NCBI GenBank assembly: GCA_964473925.1
Contig: CAYYVW010000002.1
Span: forward strand, 54,206-118,205
Length of the DNA stretch: 64,000 bases
Reading direction: 5' to 3'
Source of the DNA: an uncultured Verrucomicrobiaceae bacterium
Lineage (GTDB): Bacteria; Verrucomicrobiota; Verrucomicrobiia; Methylacidiphilales; CAYYVW01
Shown here piece after piece: positions 16,959-25,502 of the stretch. The translations under genes were made by a program, and so were the position numbers. Within the stretch, counting starts at the first letter, position 1, and every line of letters starts with the position of its first letter. Below the pieces are notes generated by a model. The model was not told where the DNA came from, did not search any database, and saw only the letters and a program-made list of their open reading frames with translations.

Positions 16959-17417
16959 ATGACAACGCTCCCCGAACAAATTGAAGCCGACCTCAAAACC
17001 GCGATGCGCGCCAAAGACGCACTGCGGCTACAGGTCCTGCGCATGCTCAAGTCCGCCATCGCCTACGCCGGGATGGAAAAATCCGGCGCGGCCGCGGCTC
17101 CGGCAGATGCCGACGTGATCGCGGCGATCCGCAAGGAAGTCAAAAAGCGCGAAGAGGCCGCCACCAGCTTCGACCAGGCCGGCCGCAAAGAGCTCGCCGA
17201 TAAAGAACGCGCTGAGCTGGAAATTTTGGCCGCTTATCTTCCTCCCGCGCTTTCCGCAGAACAAATCGACGCGCTCGTGCGCGAAGCAATCGCGCAGACC
17301 GGAGCTTCGGCTCCCGCGCAAATGGGCGTCGTCATCAAAGCCGTCCAAGCCAAAGCGGGCGGCGCGGTCGACGGCAAGACGCTCAGTGATGCTGTTCGGC
17401 GCGCACTGGCGGGGTGA
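16959..17417 (+). CDS. GatB/YqeY-domain protein
   Basis: MTTLPEQIEADLKTAMRAKDALRLQVLRMLKSAI...EVKKREEAATSFDQAGRKELADKERAELEILAAYLP...MGVVIKAV. Start trimmed to the ATG at 16959. Confidence 0.8.
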   Translation: MTTLPEQIEADLKTAMRAKDALRLQVLRMLKSAIAYAGMEKSGAAAAPADADVIAAIRKEVKKREEAATSFDQAGRKELADKERAELEILAAYLPPALSAEQIDALVREAIAQTGASAPAQMGVVIKAVQAKAGGAVDGKTLSDAVRRALAG

Positions 17418-17458
17418 GTGCTCGTGCCGCACTTTTACTGATTCTTTAAAGTCGCGCC

Positions 17459-19294
17459 CTATTCCCCGTGCTCGATCACCTTTTCGGCTGGTCGAGCAAA
17501 AAGCAGGCGTGAGAGAAGCTGCTCCCGCTCAAAAATCAGTTCCTTGGGCAGCGAGTCGTAGATCTTCAAGATCAGATCGTCGCCCGAGCCGACTTCTTTC
17601 ACCCACTCCTGCGCGTCGATGGTCTGTGCTTCTTCAAACTGTGCGTGAGAGAAATTTTCCATCCCTTCCAGGTCGAAGTCTTCCGCGTGCGGCACCCAGC
17701 CCAGCGCCGTCTCCATCGCATTCGCGTGGCCGTGGCACCGTTGGACGATCCACTGCAACACGCGCATGTTCTCGCCAAAGCCCGGCCAGAGATATTCGCC
17801 CGCCGAATTCTTACGGAACCAGTTGACCTGGAATATGCGCGGCGCGTGCTTGAGGTAGCGGCGCATCCGGATCCAGTGCTGAAAGTAATCGCCCATGTTG
17901 TATCCGCAAAACGGCAGCATCGCCATCGGGTCGCGCCGCACGACGCCCGCCGCGCCAGTCGCGGCCGCGGTTGTCTCTGAGCCCATCGTCGCGCCCAGGT
18001 AAACGCCGTGCACCCAGTTGAAGGCTTGGAAAACGATCGGCAGCGTCGTCGCGCGCCGCCCGCCAAAGATAATTGCAGAGATCGGCACGCCCTTGGGGTT
18101 GTCCGCATCCACGTCGAGCACCGGGTTGTTGCGCATCGGCGCAGCGAAGCGGCTGTTGGGATGGGCGGCCTTTTCTTTCGACTCGGGCGTCCACTTGCGC
18201 CCTTGCCAATCCAAGCACTCCGCGGGCGGCGGGCCGTCTTTGCCCTCCCACCAGATATCGCCGCCGGGCAGCAGCGCGACGTTGGTGAAGATCGTGTCGC
18301 GCGCGATCGTCTTCATCGCGTTGGGGTTGGACTTGCTGTTGGTCCCGGGCATGACGCCGAAGTAGCCGTTCTCCGGGTTGATGGCATAGAGCTGTCCGTC
18401 GGGGCCCGGCTTCATCCAGGCGATGTCGTCGCCGACCGTCCACACCTTCCACCCGGCGAAACGCTTCGGCGGGATGAGCATCGCGAAATTGGTTTTGCCG
18501 CACGCGCTCGGGAACGCGGCCGCCACGTACGTCTTCTCGCCCTGCGGGGACTCAACGCCGAGGATGAGCATGTGCTCGGCCATCCAGCCTTCGCGTCGGC
18601 CCAGGTAAGAGCCGATGCGCAGCGCCAAGCATTTTTTGCCCAGCAGCACGTTGCCGCCGTAGTTGGAGTTGAGCGAGATGATCGCGTTGTCCTGCGGGAA
18701 ATGGGCGATGTACCGGCTGTCCGCGTTGAGGTCGAGCATGCTGTGCAGCCCGCGATTGAAGTGGGTGTCGGCGCCCAGGTGCTGGTAGGCGACTTGGCCC
18801 ATGCGCGTCATGATGCGCATGCTCAGCACGACGTAGATCGAGTCGGTTACTTCAATCCCGACCTTCGTCAGCGGCGAGCCCTTCGGGCCCATCAGGTACG
18901 GAACGACGTACATCGTCCGGCCCTTCATGCCGCCGCGCGCCAGCGCGTGGAGCCGGTGGTACATCGCCTCCGGATCGGCCCAGTTGTTAGTCGGTCCCGC
19001 CTCGTGTTGGGAGGGCGTGCAGATAAAAGTCCGGTCCTCAACCCGGGCGACATCTTTCGGATGCGAGCGATGGTAATAGCAGCCAGGCCATTTCTTCTGG
19101 TCGAGTTCAATCAAGATCCCCTGCTCCACCGCTTGGGCAGTCAGCTGCTCCTTCTCGGCCTCGGACCCGTCGCACCAGTAAACGGTGTCAGGCTGGCAGA
19201 GCCGAACCATCTCCTTGACCCAGCCTTTGACAGCGGAGTTGGTGGTGTTGGGCTCTCCCAAAACGCGGGACTGCAACCGGGTTGGCATAGGCAA
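17459..19294 (-). CDS. pckG: Phosphoenolpyruvate carboxykinase (GTP)
   Basis: 611 aa. ...YWCDGSEAE...RTFICT...AAFPSACGKTNFAML...WVGDDIAWM...NGYFGV...FGGRR... are diagnostic GTP-PEPCK motifs. Confidence 0.95.
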   Translation of the reverse strand: MPMPTRLQSRVLGEPNTTNSAVKGWVKEMVRLCQPDTVYWCDGSEAEKEQLTAQAVEQGILIELDQKKWPGCYYHRSHPKDVARVEDRTFICTPSQHEAGPTNNWADPEAMYHRLHALARGGMKGRTMYVVPYLMGPKGSPLTKVGIEVTDSIYVVLSMRIMTRMGQVAYQHLGADTHFNRGLHSMLDLNADSRYIAHFPQDNAIISLNSNYGGNVLLGKKCLALRIGSYLGRREGWMAEHMLILGVESPQGEKTYVAAAFPSACGKTNFAMLIPPKRFAGWKVWTVGDDIAWMKPGPDGQLYAINPENGYFGVMPGTNSKSNPNAMKTIARDTIFTNVALLPGGDIWWEGKDGPPPAECLDWQGRKWTPESKEKAAHPNSRFAAPMRNNPVLDVDADNPKGVPISAIIFGGRRATTLPIVFQAFNWVHGVYLGATMGSETTAAATGAAGVVRRDPMAMLPFCGYNMGDYFQHWIRMRRYLKHAPRIFQVNWFRKNSAGEYLWPGFGENMRVLQWIVQRCHGHANAMETALGWVPHAEDFDLEGMENFSHAQFEEAQTIDAQEWVKEVGSGDDLILKIYDSLPKELIFEREQLLSRLLFARPAEKVIEHGE

Positions 19295-19432
19295 GGCGGT
19301 ATGGTGGCAAAATCGGCTGCGGGCGCAACTTGTTTTTCCGTGTTTAGATGGAAAAACGGGCCTCTGATTTTTCCTGCAAAACAGGCTTAATTGATTGCGC
19401 CCGAGCAGCTTTTGAGAAGGCCGGGCCTCCGC

Positions 19433-19741
19433 CTATTTCCAAAGCCCGGCCGCCGCTTCGTGCACGGATGCCGTAGGGAGCTGATCGATCTTGGCTGCCA
19501 GCTGGTGGTCTTTGTCTGTTACCCCGTTGGCATCGTGGGTTAAGAGATAGAGCGTCACCCGATTGTAGCGCAGGTCGATGTCCGGGTGATGGCCGGCCTC
19601 TTCGGCCAGCGCGCCGACTTGGACGACAAACGCCACGGCTTCCGTAAAATCCTTCCAGGTAAAGGTTCTGCGCAGGCCCGCTGGCGTTACATCCCAGTTC
19701 GGCGAACAGCTGGTGGTCATAAGAGGTCCATTCAAGCGCAA
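19433..19741 (-). CDS. phhB: 4a-hydroxytetrahydrobiopterin dehydratase (PCD/DCoH)
   Basis: ...FTWKDFTEAVAFVVQVGALAEEAGHHPDIDLRYNRVTLYLLTHD... Confidence 0.85.
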   Translation of the reverse strand: MRLNGPLMTTSCSPNWDVTPAGLRRTFTWKDFTEAVAFVVQVGALAEEAGHHPDIDLRYNRVTLYLLTHDANGVTDKDHQLAAKIDQLPTASVHEAAAGLWK

Positions 19742-19783
19742 ATCCGGTCTTGGGGCAAGGGATTGAAACAGGAGGGCGGGGTC

Positions 19784-21583
19784 CTACTCCTCCACCTCGA
19801 CGACATCGCGAGCGTGCGCGCGGTGATAATCATTCCACAGCTGCGCGAAGGCGGGGCTTTGCTCCATGAGCTCGGTGAACGTCCCGCGCGCGGTGGCGCG
19901 GCCGGCTTCGATCCAGATGATCTGATCGAAGCTGGGTAAAAGATGCAGCCGATGGACCGAGGCGACAACGCACCAACCGCGTCCGGCTGAAAGCAGGCGG
20001 CGGTAGACCTCCGCCTCCGTCACCGCGTCGACGCTGCTGGTAGGTTCGTCCAACAGCAAGAGCTCGCTCTGCGCGTGACGCGCTGCAAAAAATCCGCGGG
20101 CGAGCGCGAGGCGCTGCTTTTGTCCGCCGGAAAGATTGACGCCTCGCTCCCGGATGTTCGTCTCAAGCCCCTTGGGCAACTCGGCGAGGACGCGCTCCAA
20201 ACAGGCGAGCCGGACAGCTTCCTGGATTTCCTCTTCGGTGTGCTCAACGCCGGCGCAGATGTTGTAGCGCAGCGTGTCCTCAAAAATCTCCGGGTCCTGC
20301 GGGATGAGCGTGGAGACGCTCGAGAGCGCAGCGAGCGGCTCTGTGCTTGCGCCGATTTGCAATTTTCCCTTGTCCGGGATGTAGATCCCGCGCAAGCAGG
20401 CCAGCAGCGTGCTTTTGCCGGCACCGCTGGTCCCGATGAGCGCTGTCGCGCGGCCGCGCTCGAGCACAATTCCATCTACTGCCAATGTCTGGCGGTGGTG
20501 CCGTTTGTCTTCGTAAGAGAATTCCAGCCCGTCAATCCTCAGCGCGGTCCACCCGGCGGGGAGCGGCGGCGGCTCCTGCCGCACGAAGCGGCGCTCGGCT
20601 TCCAGGATTGGCTCAATCGCGCCGACGTCCGTCCATTGCAGAATTGCTCCGTTATGGATTTGCGCAAACCAGTCGAAGCTGCGCCGCAGTTCCTGCAAGT
20701 ATTGATACAGCATGACCGCACTTCCCAAAAGCACGCCGTGCTGCGGGTCCCAGTGCCGCGCGATATACAGAAGGAGCGCAATTGCTTCGCCGATGACGAT
20801 CAGCACGCCCATGGTGCACCACTTGCACTCGATCCCAGTAATAAGTTTTCGCAGCGGCGCGAACGCGGTGGCTAGCCGTTTGCCCAGCTCGGTAGAAGTC
20901 AGTTTTTCGAGGCGAAGCGTGAGAACCGTCGTGATGTTGCTGACGTAATCGAAAAGCGTTGCGGCCGCGCCGTGCTCGCGCTCGTTGAATTCCCGCCGCT
21001 GGAGGCGGTTCTTCCGGTCGAATAAGTGCAGTATGAAAAAATTGACCGCTCCGATGCCCAGCACCGCTATTCCCACAACCGGATCGATGCATAACACGAT
21101 CACCATCGGCGCGATAAAGCGCACGGTCATCTCAATCCAGCCAAATTGCTCGTCAGCGAAAGAGTACAAGCTGCCGGCCGCTTTATTGATGCGGTTGATG
21201 GTGTCGCCGGAGTGATGGTCCTGGTGCCACGCCATCGGCAGAGACGTCACCGCGCGATAGAGGCGGTCGGTAAAGTTCTTGCGCACCCAAAACGCCAGCC
21301 GCCGCTCAATCACGCGCGAGGGTCCGTGGAAGCACCAAAAAAGCAGCGTCCCGCACAAAAAGAGACCCAAAAACTTAATGCAGTTTGCCATCACCTCGGG
21401 CCCGCCGCGCTGCAGCACGTTGAAGATCTGGCCCAGCGCATACGGTTGAACCAAAATAGCTAAGTTGGCCGCGACGCTCAGCGCGTAGAAGATGATCATC
21501 CCCCGGCGGCCGTTGCCGGCGTGCTCCCACACCGTGCGCACCAGCGAATACCAGGCGACTCCTTTTTGTGGCGGGCGGCTCAT
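19784..21583 (-). CDS. ABC exporter, fused permease/ATPase (MsbA-like type I exporter)
   Basis: N-terminal six-helix TMD. Walker A GTSGAGKST, signature LSGGQKQR, Walker B LLLLDEP. Confidence 0.9.
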   Translation of the reverse strand: MSRPPQKGVAWYSLVRTVWEHAGNGRRGMIIFYALSVAANLAILVQPYALGQIFNVLQRGGPEVMANCIKFLGLFLCGTLLFWCFHGPSRVIERRLAFWVRKNFTDRLYRAVTSLPMAWHQDHHSGDTINRINKAAGSLYSFADEQFGWIEMTVRFIAPMVIVLCIDPVVGIAVLGIGAVNFFILHLFDRKNRLQRREFNEREHGAAATLFDYVSNITTVLTLRLEKLTSTELGKRLATAFAPLRKLITGIECKWCTMGVLIVIGEAIALLLYIARHWDPQHGVLLGSAVMLYQYLQELRRSFDWFAQIHNGAILQWTDVGAIEPILEAERRFVRQEPPPLPAGWTALRIDGLEFSYEDKRHHRQTLAVDGIVLERGRATALIGTSGAGKSTLLACLRGIYIPDKGKLQIGASTEPLAALSSVSTLIPQDPEIFEDTLRYNICAGVEHTEEEIQEAVRLACLERVLAELPKGLETNIRERGVNLSGGQKQRLALARGFFAARHAQSELLLLDEPTSSVDAVTEAEVYRRLLSAGRGWCVVASVHRLHLLPSFDQIIWIEAGRATARGTFTELMEQSPAFAQLWNDYHRAHARDVVEVEE

Positions 21584-21656
21584 CTATTCCTCGAAGCCAG
21601 CGAGCCTAGGGCCTTTGGCAACCTGTTGAAAACTACGAATAACCTGTCGGCAACTC

Positions 21657-21718
21657 TTTTACGCGGGGCGTTATCCTGGACTTTAGGCGCTCTTATCTCC
21701 TATTTACCCCGCGTAAAA
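21657..21718. other. 12-bp perfect inverted repeat (ttttacgcgggg / ccccgcgtaaaa) enclosing a 38-nt loop
   Basis: Read directly. It lies in the divergent region between the ABC exporter and dnaN. The loop carries two TTATC-containing motifs. Confidence 0.6.
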
Positions 21719-21767
21719 AGCCAGTGCATAGATGCCTTTCTGAAGAGCTTGCGCGATCTGCCGCCAG

Positions 21768-21776
21768 TTATTCACA
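21768..21776 (+). promoter_or_regulatory. Consensus DnaA box TTATTCACA upstream of dnaN
   Basis: Exact match to TTATNCACA, followed by an A/T-rich stretch (tgttatatttatctcttagataaagaactattaag). I found only this one perfect box. Confidence 0.3.
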
Positions 21777-21857
21777 CCCGTTACTGCTGTTATATTTATC
21801 TCTTAGATAAAGAACTATTAAGCAGGTGGCTTGCTTGTGAAGAAGCCTCTCGCGTCC

Positions 21858-21957
21858 GTCATCCCGAGCGCAGTCGAGGGATCTGGGTTCTGTAGGTGGC
21901 GCATCACCCAGCTGGCGAAGATTTCTCGACTTCGGCTTCGCCTCCGCTCGAAATGAC
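21858..21957. repeat. Second member of the GTCATCCCGAGC...GTCGAGGGATC inverted-repeat element family
   Basis: Arm 1 is gtcatcccgagcgcagtcgagggatc (21858-21883). Arm 2 is gatttctcgacttcggcttcgcctccgctcgaaatgac (21920-21957), an imperfect inverted copy carrying an insertion. Confidence 0.7.
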
Positions 21958-22030
21958 GTTTCTTCCAAGGCAAGCTACTAGTAACTGCACGCTTGAGTTT
22001 TGCTCGTGCGCTCGCTACTACTACGGCGCA

Positions 22031-23122
22031 ATGGAATGTATCTTGTCGCGAGAAGCGTTGGTCGAAGGACTTCAAAACAACGTCGTGAGCGGCCGGCCCA
22101 CTACGCTGCCGATTCTGGCCAATGCGCTGCTCCAGGCCAAGGACGGCAAGCTGGTGATTTCCACAACCGATTTGGATACGGGCCTGCGCACCAGCGTCGA
22201 GGCCAAGGTTGAGAAACCGGGCGCGACGACGCTCCCCGCTCGCCGCTTACTGGCGATTGTGCGCGAGCTGCCCGGAACCGAGCTGACGCTTAAGGTGGAT
22301 TCTAAAAACACCGCGACCATTCAGTCGGGCAATTCCGTCTTCAAAATCCTCGGCCTGCCGGCGGAAGATTTCCCGACGTTCCCCAAGCCCGAGGGCGGCC
22401 GCGTTTTCAAGCTCAAGCAGGCCACGCTGCGCGACATGTTCAAAAAAACGTCGTACGCGATTTCGATGGACGAGAGCCGGTACGTGCTCAACGGCGTTCT
22501 CCTTTCGCTGCACGATGGCAAGATGATGATGGTCGCGACCGACGGTCGGCGCCTGGCGCTGGTGGAGGAAGAGCTCGAGTTTCCCAAAAGCAGCGAGTGC
22601 GACGCGATCTTGCCGACCAAGGCGGTGCAGGAGCTGCTGCGCTCTCTCGAGGGCGACGGAACAGTGACGCTCACGCTGACTGATAGCCAAGCCTCGTTTG
22701 ATCTGGGCAGCGTTTATCTTGTCTCGAAATTGATCGAGGGTAACTATCCGAACTACCGCCAGGTCATACCCGCTGAAACCAAAGAGCGCGTGGCGCTCGA
22801 GCGCGAAACGTTGCACAACGCGGTGCGCCGCGTGGCGCTGCTCTCCAGCGATAAATCCAGCTCGGTCAAACTACACTTCACGCGCGGTCAGCTGGATATT
22901 ACTGCCAATACCCCGGAAGTCGGCGAAGCCAAAGAGAGCCTGCCCACCGCGTACAAGGGCAAGGACCTGACGATCGCGTTCAACCCAGAATTTTTAATGG
23001 ATCCGCTGCGCGCGCTGGATGTGGATGAGGTCTCTTTCGATCTGATTGATGAGACGAGCCCCGGCGTTCTGCGCACGGCCAAACCGTTTTTGTACGTGAT
23101 CATGCCGATGCGCACCGCGTAG
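22031..23122 (+). CDS. dnaN: DNA polymerase III beta sliding clamp
   Basis: MECILSREALVEGLQNNVVSGRPTTLPILANALLQAKDGKLVISTTDL...LNGVLL...MVATDGRRLA...YPNYRQVIP...FLYVIMPMR. Start trimmed to the ATG at 22031. Confidence 0.9.
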   Translation: MECILSREALVEGLQNNVVSGRPTTLPILANALLQAKDGKLVISTTDLDTGLRTSVEAKVEKPGATTLPARRLLAIVRELPGTELTLKVDSKNTATIQSGNSVFKILGLPAEDFPTFPKPEGGRVFKLKQATLRDMFKKTSYAISMDESRYVLNGVLLSLHDGKMMMVATDGRRLALVEEELEFPKSSECDAILPTKAVQELLRSLEGDGTVTLTLTDSQASFDLGSVYLVSKLIEGNYPNYRQVIPAETKERVALERETLHNAVRRVALLSSDKSSSVKLHFTRGQLDITANTPEVGEAKESLPTAYKGKDLTIAFNPEFLMDPLRALDVDEVSFDLIDETSPGVLRTAKPFLYVIMPMRTA

Positions 23123-23123
23123 C

Positions 23124-24281
23124 GTGGGTGACGTGACGCCCGCCTCCACGCATCGTTCCGAGCCACTGCGCGAACTAGTTCTGCGGCTGCGCGCGTTCCG
23201 GTGTCATCCCACGCTCGAGCTCGCGCTGTCGCCGGGCCGGACGCTGCTTGTCGGAAGCAACGGCTGCGGCAAGACATCGATCCTGGAGGCGTTGTATCTC
23301 GTGGGCCGCCTCCGCTCGTTTCGGACGCAGCAACCGCGCGAACTGCTTTCGTGGGGCGCGGACGCGCTGTACGTCGAGGCTCGACTGGACCAGGGGTCGC
23401 CGCTGGGGCCCGAAGCGTTGGCATATATTTGGAAAGACGGCGCGCGCCGGTTGGAGCACAACGGCTCGTCCGAACCGAGCGCGGCCGCATTTTGGGGCCG
23501 CCTGCCCGTCGTCCTTTTTTCATCCGCGGATCGGTTGTTAGTCGCGGGCCCCGCAGCGATTCGACGGCGGTGGATAGACGCTCTCCTGGCGCTGCGGGAT
23601 CCCGGCTACTTGCTTCTGGCGCGGCGCTACCAGCGGGCTCTCTCGCAGCGCAACGCGACGTTGCGCGCTCGCACGCTCGACACGCGGCTCCTCAGCGCCA
23701 TCAGCGAACAGCTCAATGCATTAGGAAGGGAAGTGACGGCAACACGCGCAGCGCTTTTGCCGCAGATTCAACAGACGTTGCGCGCGCAGCTGCAGGCGCT
23801 GGGCGGACCGAACCCGGCGTCGGCTGAGACTGCGAGCCGCTTGGAAACTATTTATAAGCAAGGGAACTCCGCCGACGCTTCATCCGTCCACGGGCGCGCG
23901 CTATTGGAAAGAGAGCGCCGGATGGGGGCGACGCTCACCGGGCCGCATCGGGATGAGTGGGCGCTTTTGTGGGACGGCAAGCCGCTGGCGCGGTTTGGAT
24001 CGGAAGGGGAACAGCGGCTGGCGGCACTCGCGCTGCGCTTGGCCGAGGCGACGCTCATTGAGCGGGCGCGCGGGTGCTGGCCCGTGCTCTTGCTCGACGA
24101 CGTGCTGGCGCCGCTCGATGCGGTGCGGCGGGAGCGCTTTCTGGCGCAGATCCCGGCTGCGGCGATCAGCCTCTTTGCCGCGCCGACGCTTTCAGGAGAA
24201 GATTCGGACGGGCTCGCAGCGCCGGCACGCATCTACAGCGTTGAGCCGGGTCAGGTAAGGGAGATTTCGCAGGGCGCCTAG
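23124..24281 (+). CDS. recF: DNA replication and repair protein RecF
   Basis: The GTG start lies 2 nt after the dnaN stop. Walker A GSNGCGKTSILEA; ...SGEQRLAALALRLAE...LLLDDV. Confidence 0.9.
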   Translation: MGDVTPASTHRSEPLRELVLRLRAFRCHPTLELALSPGRTLLVGSNGCGKTSILEALYLVGRLRSFRTQQPRELLSWGADALYVEARLDQGSPLGPEALAYIWKDGARRLEHNGSSEPSAAAFWGRLPVVLFSSADRLLVAGPAAIRRRWIDALLALRDPGYLLLARRYQRALSQRNATLRARTLDTRLLSAISEQLNALGREVTATRAALLPQIQQTLRAQLQALGGPNPASAETASRLETIYKQGNSADASSVHGRALLERERRMGATLTGPHRDEWALLWDGKPLARFGSEGEQRLAALALRLAEATLIERARGCWPVLLLDDVLAPLDAVRRERFLAQIPAAAISLFAAPTLSGEDSDGLAAPARIYSVEPGQVREISQGA

Positions 24282-24863
24282 CGTCCACCGCGCTCGAGCT
24301 GGCGGCGCCGCTGCCGCTCCTTGCGATTCTGAACGGTCGCCACCACCCCAAAAGCCGCCGCATCACGAGCGGCAGAGGTGACAGGGCCGGCAACGCGGGC
24401 GACGGCGCCCCCAACCCCGCGGAATACAGCAGCAGCAGCTCTAACGAAAGGCATAGGTAATTTCCCGGGGTGTAAAATAGGTCTCCAACGAGAAAGTAAT
24501 ACGGGTGCGGGTGTTTGTCATATTAATTTTTATCTTTTTTTAAGATATGGGCTGGGCTGGGCAAAAGGCCCGAGGGGGCAGGCTTCGGCATAAAGGCATC
24601 CCGCAATGAACCACAGCCGAGAACAGCAGGAGACTGCTCGGCCGCCTTCAAGGAAGCCAAAACATATGTAACGCATTTATAATGAGCTATAAACAAAAAA
24701 CACGCGCTGTATTTAGATTGCTTTTCTTTTGAAACACACTAAAAAGAAATACAGCGAAACACAGAAAGTCCTAAAATAAATAGGCCGCCAGCCGAACGCT
24801 ACATCCCACGGGACCTCTTCTCGAGATCCCGCACTTAAAAAACCAAAAGAAAGGGACACCGTC

Positions 24864-25184
24864 ATGATGGCACGAGGCGTAATCAAATGGTTCGACAACC
24901 GCAAGGGATTCGGCTTCATCGCTCAGGAGGGGGGGTCGGATATTTTTGTCCACTACACCTCTCTGGCAGGGGCGGGCTACAAAACGCTCGATGAAGGAGA
25001 CTTGGTCCAATACGAGCTACAGCAGACAGGCAAAGGGCCGAAGGCGACGAACGTCGTCCGCGTTGCCCAAGCGCTGGAAGCAGCTCAACGCCAGCAGGAT
25101 GGCGATAATGTAGAAAGCTCGCGTGCCCGCACTCCCGCCGCCGCTGCGCCTGTGCTGGAAGAGTTGTCCGCCGAATCTGCCTAG
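24864..25184 (+). CDS. Cold-shock protein (CspA family) with an Ala/Glu-rich C-terminal extension
   Basis: GVIKWFDNRKGFGFIAQEGGSDIFVHYTSL contains the RNP1/RNP2 motifs. It is preceded by a long A/T-rich leader with a TATAAT hexamer at 24678-24683. Confidence 0.9.
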   Translation: MMARGVIKWFDNRKGFGFIAQEGGSDIFVHYTSLAGAGYKTLDEGDLVQYELQQTGKGPKATNVVRVAQALEAAQRQQDGDNVESSRARTPAAAAPVLEELSAESA

Positions 25185-25405
25185 GCCCGCGTCTCATTTA
25201 GGTGCCTGTCTCCCTGGCCGCATTCGGTCAGGGCGGGCTGCTTAGAATGCGGAAAGAGGAGGCGCGGCTTAGGGCACAACATTCCCTTGCGGACCACAAG
25301 CGGCTTGCGGTAAGTTCCCCGTCCCTCAGAGTTCGCTGGCTGCCCGGGCCAGCGCTCCGCGCCGCCTTGAAAAGGGTGGAGAGGCCCACCCGGCAGATGC
25401 TTTTT

Positions 25406-25477
25406 TCCGGAGTAGCTCAGTGGTAGAGCGGTCGGCTGTTAACCGATTGGTCGTAGGTTCGAGCCCTACCTCCGGAG
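25406..25477 (+). tRNA. tRNA-Asn (anticodon GTT)
   Basis: Hand-folded cloverleaf: acceptor tccggag/ctccgga, anticodon loop ct-GTT-aa, T arm gtagg-ttcgagc-cctac. Confidence 0.9.
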
Positions 25478-25502
25478 CGTTGACGCCACTAATACTACGT
25501 CA

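Noticed and set aside
17599-19390. Long ORFs overlapping pckG (for example 18008-19390 +, 460 aa; 17811-18503 -, 230 aa)
   Set aside because: They lie antisense to, or out of frame with, a full-length, motif-complete GTP-PEPCK gene. Their translations are low-complexity R/A/G/P strings.
21584-22030. Calling this region oriC
   Set aside because: I found only one perfect DnaA box and one single-mismatch candidate, and dnaA is not adjacent. I kept it only as a low-confidence regulatory note.
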